The position numbers were made by a program, and so were the translations under genes. A stretch of 64,000 nt of DNA from an uncultured virus (IMG/VR IMGVR_UViG_3300035498_001541). Its lineage: Duplodnaviria; Heunggongvirae; Uroviricota; Caudoviricetes. The notes beneath the pieces were generated by a model. It worked only from the letters and a program-made list of their open reading frames with translations. It made no database searches and had not been told where the DNA came from. The DNA lies in IMG/VR virus record IMGVR_UViG_3300035498_001541. One strand, written 5' to 3'. Positions 49,228 through 59,000 of the stretch are shown piece by piece (position 1 is the first letter of the stretch; the number at the start of each line of letters is the position of its first letter).

Positions 49228-50700
49228 CTAGTTGTCTGAGTCAATAGCGGCTTCTACTGCTGCGACAAAGACCTTCTTTCTATCTTTAGCCCAACTATTC
49301 ATATGTTTCTTTCTAGTTGCTGCGTTACTATCGTAATACTGACCATAATCTTTGGCAGTCATATACCCACACTCAACAATCAATGTGGGGACAGTTGCCC
49401 AGTTCAGTGTAGTATAGCCAGGACTCACTGTATTCTCATCTGAAAAGAAACTCTTTCCTGCATCATACATTGCTTTGGCTACATCCTTAGACAAACTTCC
49501 AACATCCGAATACGGTTTTGTTGGTGAGTAGGTATGTAACCCTTTCTTACTACCACCTGACGAATCCCAATGAATATTGAGATGTATAGCGGCTCCCTCA
49601 GAAGCAGCCATTTCTGACATATTTTTGTTTGTTAGTGCTTTACCATTACTCAACTTTGTGCTGGATACATCTGTCTTTTCATAAACAATCTTGTACCCTT
49701 CTTTCTTTAGCACAGCACCAACAGCTTTCATTGTTTCATAGTTAATCTTGTACTCACTAAAACCATTATAAGAGCCACCGCTCGTACACCTAGCCTTAAA
49801 GTACTTACTACTTGTTGGCTCACTACTTCCAGAGCTTGTATGCCCACTAAGAAAAGTCTTAATCTGGCCATATGATGAGTCATCAAAACTCTTATTAAGC
49901 TTTGCAAGCAACTTGTCCAACTTAGCACCATTCTTCTTGTAAAACTGTTTGCACGCTTTGTTAGACGGTGTTGAATCGCTAATAGCTGAGGCGTCAAACT
50001 TACCATTCTTACCAGTAAGCACGCCATACTTCACAAGCTTCTGATACAGAGACTTCACTTCTGTCTCTAAATATACACTTGCCATATCATCCTTATCGCC
50101 AGTCAGCATTTTATACAACTGATTACGAAGAGCCGTACTTCCGTTTGTGATACTCATACCAGTCAACAAATCATTGGAATCTGTTGGCGATTTATAGCAA
50201 GCCTTTAAAACATCTCGAGCAAAATAGTAATACCCCATCTTGCTCATCAGTTCCACCTTAGAATCCCCACCATCAATATGTCCGCATGACAATACAACAA
50301 CGGTGCTAGTATTATCATTGCTCTTGTTATTTGTAGTCCCGCTATTACCCTTTGGCACATTACTACCGCTGGATTCAGCAGCACTATTTGATTTTGAAGT
50401 CTGTGTAACACCACCATTCTCTGGTCCAGTAAAATCATACTCTTTCTTCTCAGTCTCCGGAGCATCAGCCACTTCTTTCACATTGTAGTCATCAAATCTG
50501 TATGCTTCTGTGTTAGACTGTGGCTCTGCTTCATCCTCTCCACCGAAAATCCCGGTATGACCTGTACCAAAAACATCTTCACCCAACTTTAAAATATAGG
50601 TACCAGTAGTACCAAAATAATCCTTGTCACTATCGCATCCTGTGAGCATTAGACAGCAACACAGGAGCAGACAACTAAACTTTCTTAAAACTTTGATAAT
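49228..50700 (-). CDS. N-acetylmuramoyl-L-alanine amidase (amidase_3) lipoprotein with a large insertion
   Basis: VVVLSCGH, SEYKIN, LNIHWDS, PTLIVECGYMT; lipobox LTGC preceded in frame by IIKVLRKFSCLLLCCCLM, implying a non-AUG start near 50700. Confidence 0.85.
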   Translation of the reverse strand: MIKVLRKFSCLLLCCCLMLTGCDSDKDYFGTTGTYILKLGEDVFGTGHTGIFGGEDEAEPQSNTEAYRFDDYNVKEVADAPETEKKEYDFTGPENGGVTQTSKSNSAAESSGSNVPKGNSGTTNNKSNDNTSTVVVLSCGHIDGGDSKVELMSKMGYYYFARDVLKACYKSPTDSNDLLTGMSITNGSTALRNQLYKMLTGDKDDMASVYLETEVKSLYQKLVKYGVLTGKNGKFDASAISDSTPSNKACKQFYKKNGAKLDKLLAKLNKSFDDSSYGQIKTFLSGHTSSGSSEPTSSKYFKARCTSGGSYNGFSEYKINYETMKAVGAVLKKEGYKIVYEKTDVSSTKLSNGKALTNKNMSEMAASEGAAIHLNIHWDSSGGSKKGLHTYSPTKPYSDVGSLSKDVAKAMYDAGKSFFSDENTVSPGYTTLNWATVPTLIVECGYMTAKDYGQYYDSNAATRKKHMNSWAKDRKKVFVAAVEAAIDSDN

Positions 50701-51581
50701 GACACACCCCCAACATAAGAGCTGGTTCCGAGTACCATACTATTGTTCACCAAAATCAGATTCACATTGGTAATAGCACTGTTAATAGCACTCAGCACCA
50801 GATGACTATAAATGTGAGATGGTTTTGAAATACCTGCCATTGCTTTTGATGCATCCATTATCACACCGCGAAGAGAATCCCCCATCCACTTAGCATTGAT
50901 TGAAGTTAGATAGTCAAAATTCTTTGTAGACTCCAGCACTCCATAAACATTGGAATTCCTCTTGGTAACAAAAAGAGTTTCCATAGTTGTAAAGAGCACT
51001 TTAGCTAAACACTTTGAATCAATCCCCGAAATATTGTAGTACCCACTGATAGTGGCAAATGCAAGCTCAAAGACTTTCATAAAGGCTCCAACTCTACCCT
51101 GCCCAATATTATCCAGTGAAGCAGTACCCCACTCAGGATTCAAAGACCAATCATCCCCAAAGATAATCTTACCGGTTTGAACTATCTCCTCATCGCCGTA
51201 TTCCATCTTTCCAATAAATCGCGAATAGTCGAAAGCACCATTGTATGCTTCAATACCAAAGGCACCGTCAATCACCAAGCTCAGTGAACCATTAAACTCC
51301 TGCGCAACGAATTTAAGTCTCACTGGCCTGTTCTTGAAACTGGAAAGTTTGATACCGCAGAAAGCAAAATCTTTCACATCAAAGAGTCTTGCACAAACAA
51401 TATTGGAATTTACATCTTTCAAATAAAACTTGGCAAAACCACTCTGCTGCTTAGTTGTTCCTGGAGTTGCTGATGTAACCAATGCAATCTTAGTGTAGAC
51501 TTTTCCTTCAACAAGCTGAGTAATATCTAAATAGTCTGCCTGATTCTCCCCATTAACTCCATTCATTTCCTCAAGATTCAT
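50685..51581 (-). CDS. YhaM/Cbf1-like OB-fold protein with no recognisable HD motif
   Basis: GTTKQQSGFAKFYLKD...ARLFD...EFNGSLSLVI resembles the YhaM OB fold; helical C-domain has no HD. Confidence 0.6.
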   Translation of the reverse strand: MNLEEMNGVNGENQADYLDITQLVEGKVYTKIALVTSATPGTTKQQSGFAKFYLKDVNSNIVCARLFDVKDFAFCGIKLSSFKNRPVRLKFVAQEFNGSLSLVIDGAFGIEAYNGAFDYSRFIGKMEYGDEEIVQTGKIIFGDDWSLNPEWGTASLDNIGQGRVGAFMKVFELAFATISGYYNISGIDSKCLAKVLFTTMETLFVTKRNSNVYGVLESTKNFDYLTSINAKWMGDSLRGVIMDASKAMAGISKPSHIYSHLVLSAINSAITNVNLILVNNSMVLGTSSYVGGVSLSKF

Positions 51582-51978
51582 AATCTTCCAACTCACTTTC
51601 ATAGTAATAATTTGCTTTATCCAATAAAATGAATGCAACATAAATTACATCCAAAGCTATAAGGATAATAAAGACAACCCAATTTACGCTCAGCTTACGT
51701 AACAGATAATAACCTGCCTGTGCCATGCGTATAAGTCCTATCTGAACAATTGGGACTGATACTTCATACTTTATCTTTCCATCCTCATCAGCCGAAACCT
51801 GTCTCTTAAAATATCCAAGATGTGATAGCAAACCATAAACCCAAAACCCCATGATAACAAACTGAAAAATATTTACATTAATCAGCTTATCGCTATACAA
51901 TGGTAAGAATAGATTACACAGGATAATAATGCTAAACAACAATCTTGAAATCCAGAGATTCACTAATAGCTTCTTCAT
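51571..51978 (-). CDS. Membrane protein (135 aa, ~4 TM)
   Basis: Hydrophobic segments; overlaps both neighbours. Confidence 0.8.
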   Translation of the reverse strand: MKKLLVNLWISRLLFSIIILCNLFLPLYSDKLINVNIFQFVIMGFWVYGLLSHLGYFKRQVSADEDGKIKYEVSVPIVQIGLIRMAQAGYYLLRKLSVNWVVFIILIALDVIYVAFILLDKANYYYESELEDYES

Positions 51979-52337
51979 TCTCCCTCATCACCTGCCTCAT
52001 AGATTGCTGACATAAATTCATCTGCACTAATGAAATCCTCCTCAAAGTCATCATTACTATCACTAAAGGAGATTGGTTCTTCCTGCCCAGCCTGTTCCTG
52101 TTCCTCTGGCTTCTCAACCTGTTCAGTTTGCACTGGTTCCTCTACCGATTCTTTCACCGGTTCTTCAGCTTCTACTGTAGGCTCTTCTTCTGCAACATCA
52201 CCATTCTCCTCAGCAGATTCCTCACTGTCATCAAAGTATAACAATCGCTCTGTTGATTCATCCAATGCTAAATGGGACATATCAACAGAGCATACAATCA
52301 GAACAATAGCACCCATTATGATAAACCTAATAAGCAC
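51975..52337 (-). CDS. Membrane-anchored acidic protein (120 aa)
   Basis: GTG after AGGAGG; N-terminal TM; Glu-rich tail. Confidence 0.75.
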   Translation of the reverse strand: MLIRFIIMGAIVLIVCSVDMSHLALDESTERLLYFDDSEESAEENGDVAEEEPTVEAEEPVKESVEEPVQTEQVEKPEEQEQAGQEEPISFSDSNDDFEEDFISADEFMSAIYEAGDEGE

Positions 52338-52505
52338 TTATGCGTCCCCTCCTGTAGTTGTGTTACTGCTGCCACCACTGCTACTACTTCCGCCACCGCT
52401 GCTTCCGCCGCTTCCACCTCCGTCATTCTTGAAAACATTCTTTCCGGAGAATGCAATGCACAGACCTGCTACAATAGCAATCACAATCACTGTACCCATT
52501 TCCAT
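52338..52505 (-). CDS. 55-aa single-TM protein with a Gly/Ser tail (absent from the ORF track)
   Basis: AGGAGG + ATG 52505; MEMGTVIVIAIVAGLCIAFSGKNVFKNDGGGSGGSSGGGSSSSGGSSNTTTGGDA; TAA at 52338 abuts the next start. Confidence 0.8.
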   Translation of the reverse strand: MEMGTVIVIAIVAGLCIAFSGKNVFKNDGGGSGGSSGGGSSSSGGSSNTTTGGDA

Positions 52506-52510
52506 AATAG

Positions 52511-52918
52511 TTACCTCCTAAAATTAATGAATTTAATTATTGTTTCAGGGTCATTTAGATCTATCTCCTTTTCGCCTGTACCAGTAAGAATTACCAGACG
52601 ATAATCAGCAATAGCTCTAACAGCCAGAAGCGAATCAACCGAAAGCTCGAAATCACCTATTCTGGTCATTACACCTTCAACAAAACAATAGAGAGGGATA
52701 GATTGTCCCTCTCTACCAAAATCTCTATTGTGAAAGAATACTAATTCATCTTCTGAAGTAATACCATCAATCCTCAAGCATGGGTACTCAATCTTTTCCT
52801 CACACTTTTTCTGATAACCCTCGTCTAAATCAACTTCTTCCAGTAGAACATCATCTACTAAGTTACTGGTGCCGGCATCTAAGTCCTCATCTAAAAGGTC
52901 ATAATCAAAATCGTCCAT
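52511..52918 (-). CDS. Acidic hypothetical protein (135 aa)
   Basis: AGGAGG SD; Asp/Glu-rich N-terminus. Confidence 0.8.
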   Translation of the reverse strand: MDDFDYDLLDEDLDAGTSNLVDDVLLEEVDLDEGYQKKCEEKIEYPCLRIDGITSEDELVFFHNRDFGREGQSIPLYCFVEGVMTRIGDFELSVDSLLAVRAIADYRLVILTGTGEKEIDLNDPETIIKFINFRR

Positions 52919-52927
52919 AGATTCCTC

Positions 52928-53530
52928 CTACACTCTATCAGGAAGTACCTCCAGATACAGCTGTCCATCAGATGTTTGGTACAGTCTCTCTTTGTAATTT
53001 CTGAAAATAGCCATCAAGTATGTCCACTCATCCTGAGACAACTGCAATGTTACATACTCCTTACCATCATACTCAACGGAGACATTTAATGACTCCTTGA
53101 AAGGCAGACCAGAAGAAAGCACTTTGATAATCCTTGCTTTGTACCCATCAATAATCTTCTTACGAAGATGATGTGACATAGCAAAACGCTCACCGTCGAA
53201 CTCATAGATATCATGTCTCTCCAGCTTCGTAACCTCCGGAGCAATATGACCCATCTCTAAAGGAATCACTGACAGACCAGTACACTCCTCTAAAGACTCA
53301 ATCAAATCCGAGATTCTACCGTAGTCGTCCCTAATCTCCTCCAGCTCAATAACTTCTGTATCAACACGTGAAAAGTCTACGTCAATAGGAGAAATCTCCG
53401 GCCCCTGTTCCTCCTCTTCTTCCGGAAGCAGATTCTCGTTCTCCTCGAAATCCACCTCTTTAGAAATCTTCTCGCTCTCTTTAGCCCTCTTAATAATCTC
53501 TGCAATACCTGCACCCATCAACTTACTCAT
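52928..53530 (-). CDS. Hypothetical protein (~200 aa)
   Basis: ATG 53530 after GAGGAGG. Confidence 0.8.
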   Translation of the reverse strand: MSKLMGAGIAEIIKRAKESEKISKEVDFEENENLLPEEEEEQGPEISPIDVDFSRVDTEVIELEEIRDDYGRISDLIESLEECTGLSVIPLEMGHIAPEVTKLERHDIYEFDGERFAMSHHLRKKIIDGYKARIIKVLSSGLPFKESLNVSVEYDGKEYVTLQLSQDEWTYLMAIFRNYKERLYQTSDGQLYLEVLPDRV

Positions 53531-54170
53531 ATTGTTCCTCCTCATTAACAAATTCTTGTTCTCCTCTGTCCAGGATTCCTGATTTAATCAAAGAATCCAG
53601 CTTTTGATTTAATGTAATAAAAAAACAAATCCTGAGCAACGGAACAAAAGCCAAGAAATAGTAGGCAGCTTCCGTTACACGAAATCTTTCATTAAACTCG
53701 TCCATAATAATTCTGTTTACTGACCGCATTACCCCCACAAGACCTGCTCCAAGCACAAAGTTTGTCACTACTAAAAGTAGAATTGCGATAACAACCCAGT
53801 TGTACCCCCAACCAATCATGGTCTTTACACTGAGTACTCTACCAATAATAGTTAAGGGAATCCGGCTAATCAAAGCTGCTGCTATTGTCAAAGCAACACC
53901 GATAATCGTCAGCACTGCAAAAGGTGGATGCAACATCTGAATCTCATTCCACAACGGAATAAACCGAGAAAAGCCTGCATCAACCTCATTGATAGCATAG
54001 TACTTTTTGTACACCACCGGTACAACCAAAAGGCACTGTGCGAAAAGAGTAATCCCCACAATAATACCTGCCGGAATCATCATTGTGCCATAATAAAAGG
54101 CAACACTTAAAATCACGATTGCGATAGCAACCACCAGAATCAGAATCTTATCCTTATCTCTTCTACTCAT
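53523..54170 (-). CDS. Polytopic membrane protein (215 aa, ~5 TM)
   Basis: Multiple hydrophobic segments; FIPLWN and FVPLL motifs. Confidence 0.8.
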   Translation of the reverse strand: MSRRDKDKILILVVAIAIVILSVAFYYGTMMIPAGIIVGITLFAQCLLVVPVVYKKYYAINEVDAGFSRFIPLWNEIQMLHPPFAVLTIIGVALTIAAALISRIPLTIIGRVLSVKTMIGWGYNWVVIAILLLVVTNFVLGAGLVGVMRSVNRIIMDEFNERFRVTEAAYYFLAFVPLLRICFFITLNQKLDSLIKSGILDRGEQEFVNEEEQYE

Positions 54171-55068
54171 TCAAACCACCATCCTTACTGTAACTCTCAG
54201 AAAACCTAACCAGTGAATCCAGTAATTTAGTAATACGAATATAGTCAGTGTCGGACTCAGCGCTCTGTACATAGTGCTTGATAAACTCCTTGAGCATTGT
54301 CGGTGAGAACTTATCGACATACTCGATTGCGTAAGGAATTCCATCCTCCTGCAGAATATATGACTCTGCAAACTCACTTGTCTCAAGCTTGTTAGCGGCC
54401 TCGTTAATATAATTTGCAAAATCAACCAGAGAGTTAAATGGAACCTTCACAGCTTCACCGCCTGCAAGGCTTGGCGGGATTGTCACTGAAATACTGTTGG
54501 ACACCGGCTGTTCCACTGTTTCTGCCGGAACTGCACTTACTACACTCTCCGGAATATCAACAGCCACCGGTCTTTCTTCAACTGCAGACTCTTCAACTGC
54601 AACATCTTCAATAGGCTCTTCATCACCACCAAAGAAATCCGGAATAACTTCCTCCTCAGCACTTGCAGCAAAATCAACTACCGGCTCTTCGATCTCCTCC
54701 GGGATTGCTTCGTCCTCCATACCAAGATTCAGATTCTTCGTTCTGTGATAGTAGTCTAAAAACTCCTGCACACCGCCATAGTTTGAAACAAACTCTCTAG
54801 TGTAGCTCGGAATCTTCATAGTAGAAGCAACAAGCTTCATAGCGAGTTCTCCCTGCCCATCATCAATCTGTGAGCAAGCGTAATCTGCAATCTTCTTGCA
54901 ATTCTCCTTAATCCAACCTTTTACATTGTCAATCTGTGCATACTGACAAATAATGCACAAATCAATCTCCGGGTCATGCTTACTGCACTGCTCAACAATA
55001 AAACCCCCATCGAGATTATCAGCTTCTTGCTGGCTTGCAACCTCTAAAAACTTACAAATTTCTAACAT
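54163..55068 (-). CDS. Acidic hypothetical protein (301 aa)
   Basis: AGGAGG SD; two domains joined by an E/P/V linker. Confidence 0.8.
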   Translation of the reverse strand: MLEICKFLEVASQQEADNLDGGFIVEQCSKHDPEIDLCIICQYAQIDNVKGWIKENCKKIADYACSQIDDGQGELAMKLVASTMKIPSYTREFVSNYGGVQEFLDYYHRTKNLNLGMEDEAIPEEIEEPVVDFAASAEEEVIPDFFGGDEEPIEDVAVEESAVEERPVAVDIPESVVSAVPAETVEQPVSNSISVTIPPSLAGGEAVKVPFNSLVDFANYINEAANKLETSEFAESYILQEDGIPYAIEYVDKFSPTMLKEFIKHYVQSAESDTDYIRITKLLDSLVRFSESYSKDGGLNE

Positions 55069-55964
55069 TAATTTCCTCCTAACTTGATAAGCTGAATCAG
55101 CTTATACAACCCCAGCTTATCCCTCTTAGATATTGAATCAATAACACTTTTTACGTAATATACATACTCAAGAGACACTTCCCCAAAACTACGTAGTATT
55201 CTCTTAAGACGATATTCAGACAACTTCTGTATATCCTTGTCTTCACTCAAAGAGCTAAATTCATGATAGTTCTTTAGTGAGAGCTCACTACTCCCTGCGT
55301 AAGTAAGCACCTTGACATACAGATTCAGTTGCTGGCTAATTGTGGTCAACAACCAACTTTGAGCAAACCTAAATTCATAAACCAACTCTATTAAGTCCTC
55401 TTTCTTTACCCCCGGTCGGTTAATTCTTAGAATCCACTCAATAATATTTTGCACAGTGACATGCTGTACCTTATCCACATAAAGATTCACCTCGGCAACA
55501 CCAACATAGTCAAGCATAGAAAGAGTCCTTACGCTTGTCATAATATTTCCAAGTCTGCCATTGGTACGATTATAAATTCGGTTTGCAATCTCTGTACTAC
55601 ACTCCAGCTCCTCAACAATCCAAGTAATAACATCCTTAGTCTCCAACGCATGATTATCAACCACAGTAGGCTTTAGCTCTTCAAACTCCTTAGCCTTTGC
55701 CTCCAACTCATCAAAAGACCGAACCTTAAATACTATCTTATTGCTTGGAGCTAAACTCTCAAGCTTCTTAATACTGTATGGCTTCACACCTGAGTCGCAC
55801 TCTAAAAGCCACCCGTCATTAAACAAGGGTGGCTTAGAATACACTGATACAATATCATTAGCTCTATCACGTCTCGAAATCTGTCCTCTCGACGACGCAA
55901 CATAACTGCTATACAGCTCATCCATAAAAGGAATTAGAACATTATCAAATAAAAGTAGAACCAT
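55068..55964 (-). CDS. holA: DNA polymerase III delta (HolA)-like clamp-loader subunit
   Basis: SKPPLFNDGWLL (cf. xxPFFxxxRLV); WIVEEL...IANRIYNRTNGRLGNIMTSVRTL...VGVAEVNLYV (cf. WI...A..L....GxDL..L..ELEKL...ITxxDV). Confidence 0.65.
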   Translation of the reverse strand: MVLLLFDNVLIPFMDELYSSYVASSRGQISRRDRANDIVSVYSKPPLFNDGWLLECDSGVKPYSIKKLESLAPSNKIVFKVRSFDELEAKAKEFEELKPTVVDNHALETKDVITWIVEELECSTEIANRIYNRTNGRLGNIMTSVRTLSMLDYVGVAEVNLYVDKVQHVTVQNIIEWILRINRPGVKKEDLIELVYEFRFAQSWLLTTISQQLNLYVKVLTYAGSSELSLKNYHEFSSLSEDKDIQKLSEYRLKRILRSFGEVSLEYVYYVKSVIDSISKRDKLGLYKLIQLIKLGGN

Positions 55965-56052
55965 GGGATTTCACTCACTTTCTTACTTTTTTATAATAAA
56001 CATACATTGTATGCAAGGTGTTCACTTTCAACAATTTTTTAGACAAACTGTA

Positions 56053-59000
56053 CTATTCCAACAAACTTTTCATTTTCTCGGACCTAACATACATCTGAAT
56101 CTCATCCAGCATATCATCTGGGTCTCTACTTGGGTCAACACCATCCTCAGCAAGCATACTTTCCACTTCTGTATTCAACTCTTCAGCATAGTCAAAAACC
56201 TCATCTTTCTGATAGACAGAATCTGTGGTATAAATAAACCGATTGGTGTATGACTCCAAAAGCTTAGTTACACTTGCAAGAGCTCCTGTAACATAGTTTC
56301 CGTTTAGAATCCTGTTAAAATCCTGCATAGAATTAAAATCCACTGCAAGATTCTGCTGACCAGCAATATCTGAATCAATTACGTTAAGCAGTTCATCCGA
56401 AACATTTAAAAGTCTCTTGGAAAAATCAAGAGAATATCTCGAAATCAACTCTGATACAATCTTACTGATAAACATTGTTGGTGCAAAAGACTTGTAGGTG
56501 ATACTGCTAATATTGCTACCTAAAACAACATTCAGTACATCCTCGGAAAATTTCTCAAACTCCTTACTGAAATCGTATGAGTTATGTACATTAAACCCAT
56601 TAACTTCAGAAGCACTTTCACGCATCTCACTGAATCTAGTCATAAATGCTTCTGGTGTCTCGCCTTCCAGACGCTTTGGAACCCACCTGCCAAAAACGAA
56701 GTGCCTTACTCTATCATCAATAGAAGCAACCTCATCCTTGCTAAATTCTGAAAGGAAATATTCACCCTCTGACTTACTTACAACATCCCTTGTAGCATCC
56801 CTAATCCTGCAAATTGACAATCGCAACTCTGTAGTAAAATGGTCGGTCACATAGCTATCCAAAGCCTTTGAACCTCCCTCTCCAGAAAAGCTACTATCAA
56901 TAGTCACTGCAAGTTTCTCAATCTCTTTACAGAATCTATAGAAGTTTTGCCCCTTTACATAAAGAAGGGCCTCCCTAAGAGTAGCGTGCTCCTCAATCAC
57001 AGGATAAGAGAATGTCAGCACGTTATTGGTAAACATAGGATTGTTACCAACGTATTTCTCAAGCATCTTGCTAATCTTCTTACGTGACTCGGCTAAACCG
57101 GAAGAATTTGTCAACTGACTCTTGAGAGTAGTGACATTCATAATCTTCATTGGTTCCCAATAGCTGTAAAAATCACCGGCAAGGTTATTTACAATCATCC
57201 TATCTGCAATACTGTTAAAGAGATTTAGTACCTCTTCTGACGGAATATACTTATCAAAGTCACTCAGCTTGTACGAAGATAAGTTAATCATTGGGCAGTA
57301 CCCTAAAGACTCCTCACCTTCACGCAGCTTATCAATCCAGTATTCATACTCAGAAAATCTATCATCTAATCTCTGTTGCAATATCTCCGGATTCTCTTTT
57401 AGAAGCTTAATCACTTCATCATCCTGTACTGGCTTGCCACCAAGAGCTTCAGAAGCCATGGAACTAAGCATACTGAGTTTTTCAGCACTAACAGCACCAA
57501 TGCCCTTACCTACATCCATCTCAGATACAAATGCAATATTATCTTGGAGCAACCAAATATCCGAGTAATCCAACTTTGCACGCAAGAACGGATTCTCCTG
57601 AAAATAGAACAGCAATGAGAACAATGCCTGGTTATGCAAGCTATCATAGTCCTTACTCAGAACACTCGCAAAATATCTTGCAACCTCAGAATAGCTTATC
57701 TTTCTATAAGGGCTTGCAAGGTACTCAGCTACAGCATCATCCTCTGCTAAACTCTCCTCACTAAGCTCCTCACCCAGTTCCTTACCGGACTGCTTACCAT
57801 CACTAACAATTGGTCTCCTCGTAGTAACGCTAAGGCACTTTAGCCGCTTATAGAACTCATCGCCAGCTCGTTTCATTTCCAAGTCATCCACAAAGTATAC
57901 TTCCTTATCTTCAGCAATGCTAGCTACTGCCACATCACCTATTGCCTTCTGAATAAAAACATCAGGCACTGCCTTCTCAATAATAGAGATTGGTGGCTCA
58001 ATCTTCAGATAAGCTGCTCCTTTACAAATCAAAGGAATTACCTGTGTAGCATCATCAATCCCCTTTGAATCGCTCTTAATAGCAGTGGTAAACATATTCT
58101 TGTAATCATCCTTTGTGAATACTAAATCTGTACCGCACTCACATGAATACACACGTGGCAGTTGAAAAATATTCTTGTTCACACCGCTACGGCTATCACG
58201 AGTTTCTGTTGATACTCTAAGAATGGCGAATGGTACCTTTTCCATTATCACCTGCTTACCGCACACTGGGCACTTAGTTACATACCCATCACTTGTCTGC
58301 AATACCTGCCTAATTACTCTTGTCTTTTTGGCATTCGCATTTAAAATCATAGAATTGCTGATTGCAACTTCATCCTTCATAATAAAATTGGCAACCTGCT
58401 TTCTACCACTCTCTTGATGCTGTAACATCATGCTAGATACATTGTCAGAATCCAGCAACATAGGAACAATAGTCTCCAAAGCATTGTATAAATCCACAGT
58501 ACTCCAGTCACCAATCCTGTCCAAATATTCGACTCTTTTCCTAATAGCATTGAATACTGAATCAACACTAACTTCTCCATGCTGAGACTTTTGTTCATTG
58601 ATAATATTCTCAACAATAATGGAAAGCTTACTGTAATTATCATCTACAAAAACATTGGATTTCAAATCACTTGATACAGCAGCAATCTTATTGCTATCTT
58701 CAAGTGTTGCTGAAGACAATGCAAGCAGCTCCTTAGCACTCCTGCACTCTTCTGCTGCATACATTACAGCATCAGCCACTACCTGCTGCTCATGCTCTTC
58801 ATCCCTTAGCTTCTTTTCTCGCTTCACCAAAAACTCAACATTGCTAAAGTCTAAATCATCGGTATCTTCATACCCGGCTTCTTTGAGGAAACTCTGCATT
58901 TCATTGTATTCCTCTAAATCCTCATCTTCATCAAGGTCTGATACTTCATCCGCAAATACACCAAATTCAAGGTCTTCTGGTGATAAACTCACAGCAAAAG

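Noticed and set aside
49228..52505. Phage lysis cassette (endolysin + holin)
   Set aside because: The amidase has a lipoprotein signal and no virion genes are nearby; the small TM proteins cannot be called holins from sequence alone.
52338..52505. TatA or Flp pilin identity for the 55-aa peptide
   Set aside because: The TM-FSGK resemblance is weak; there is no amphipathic helix and no class III signal (G|F...E5) motif.
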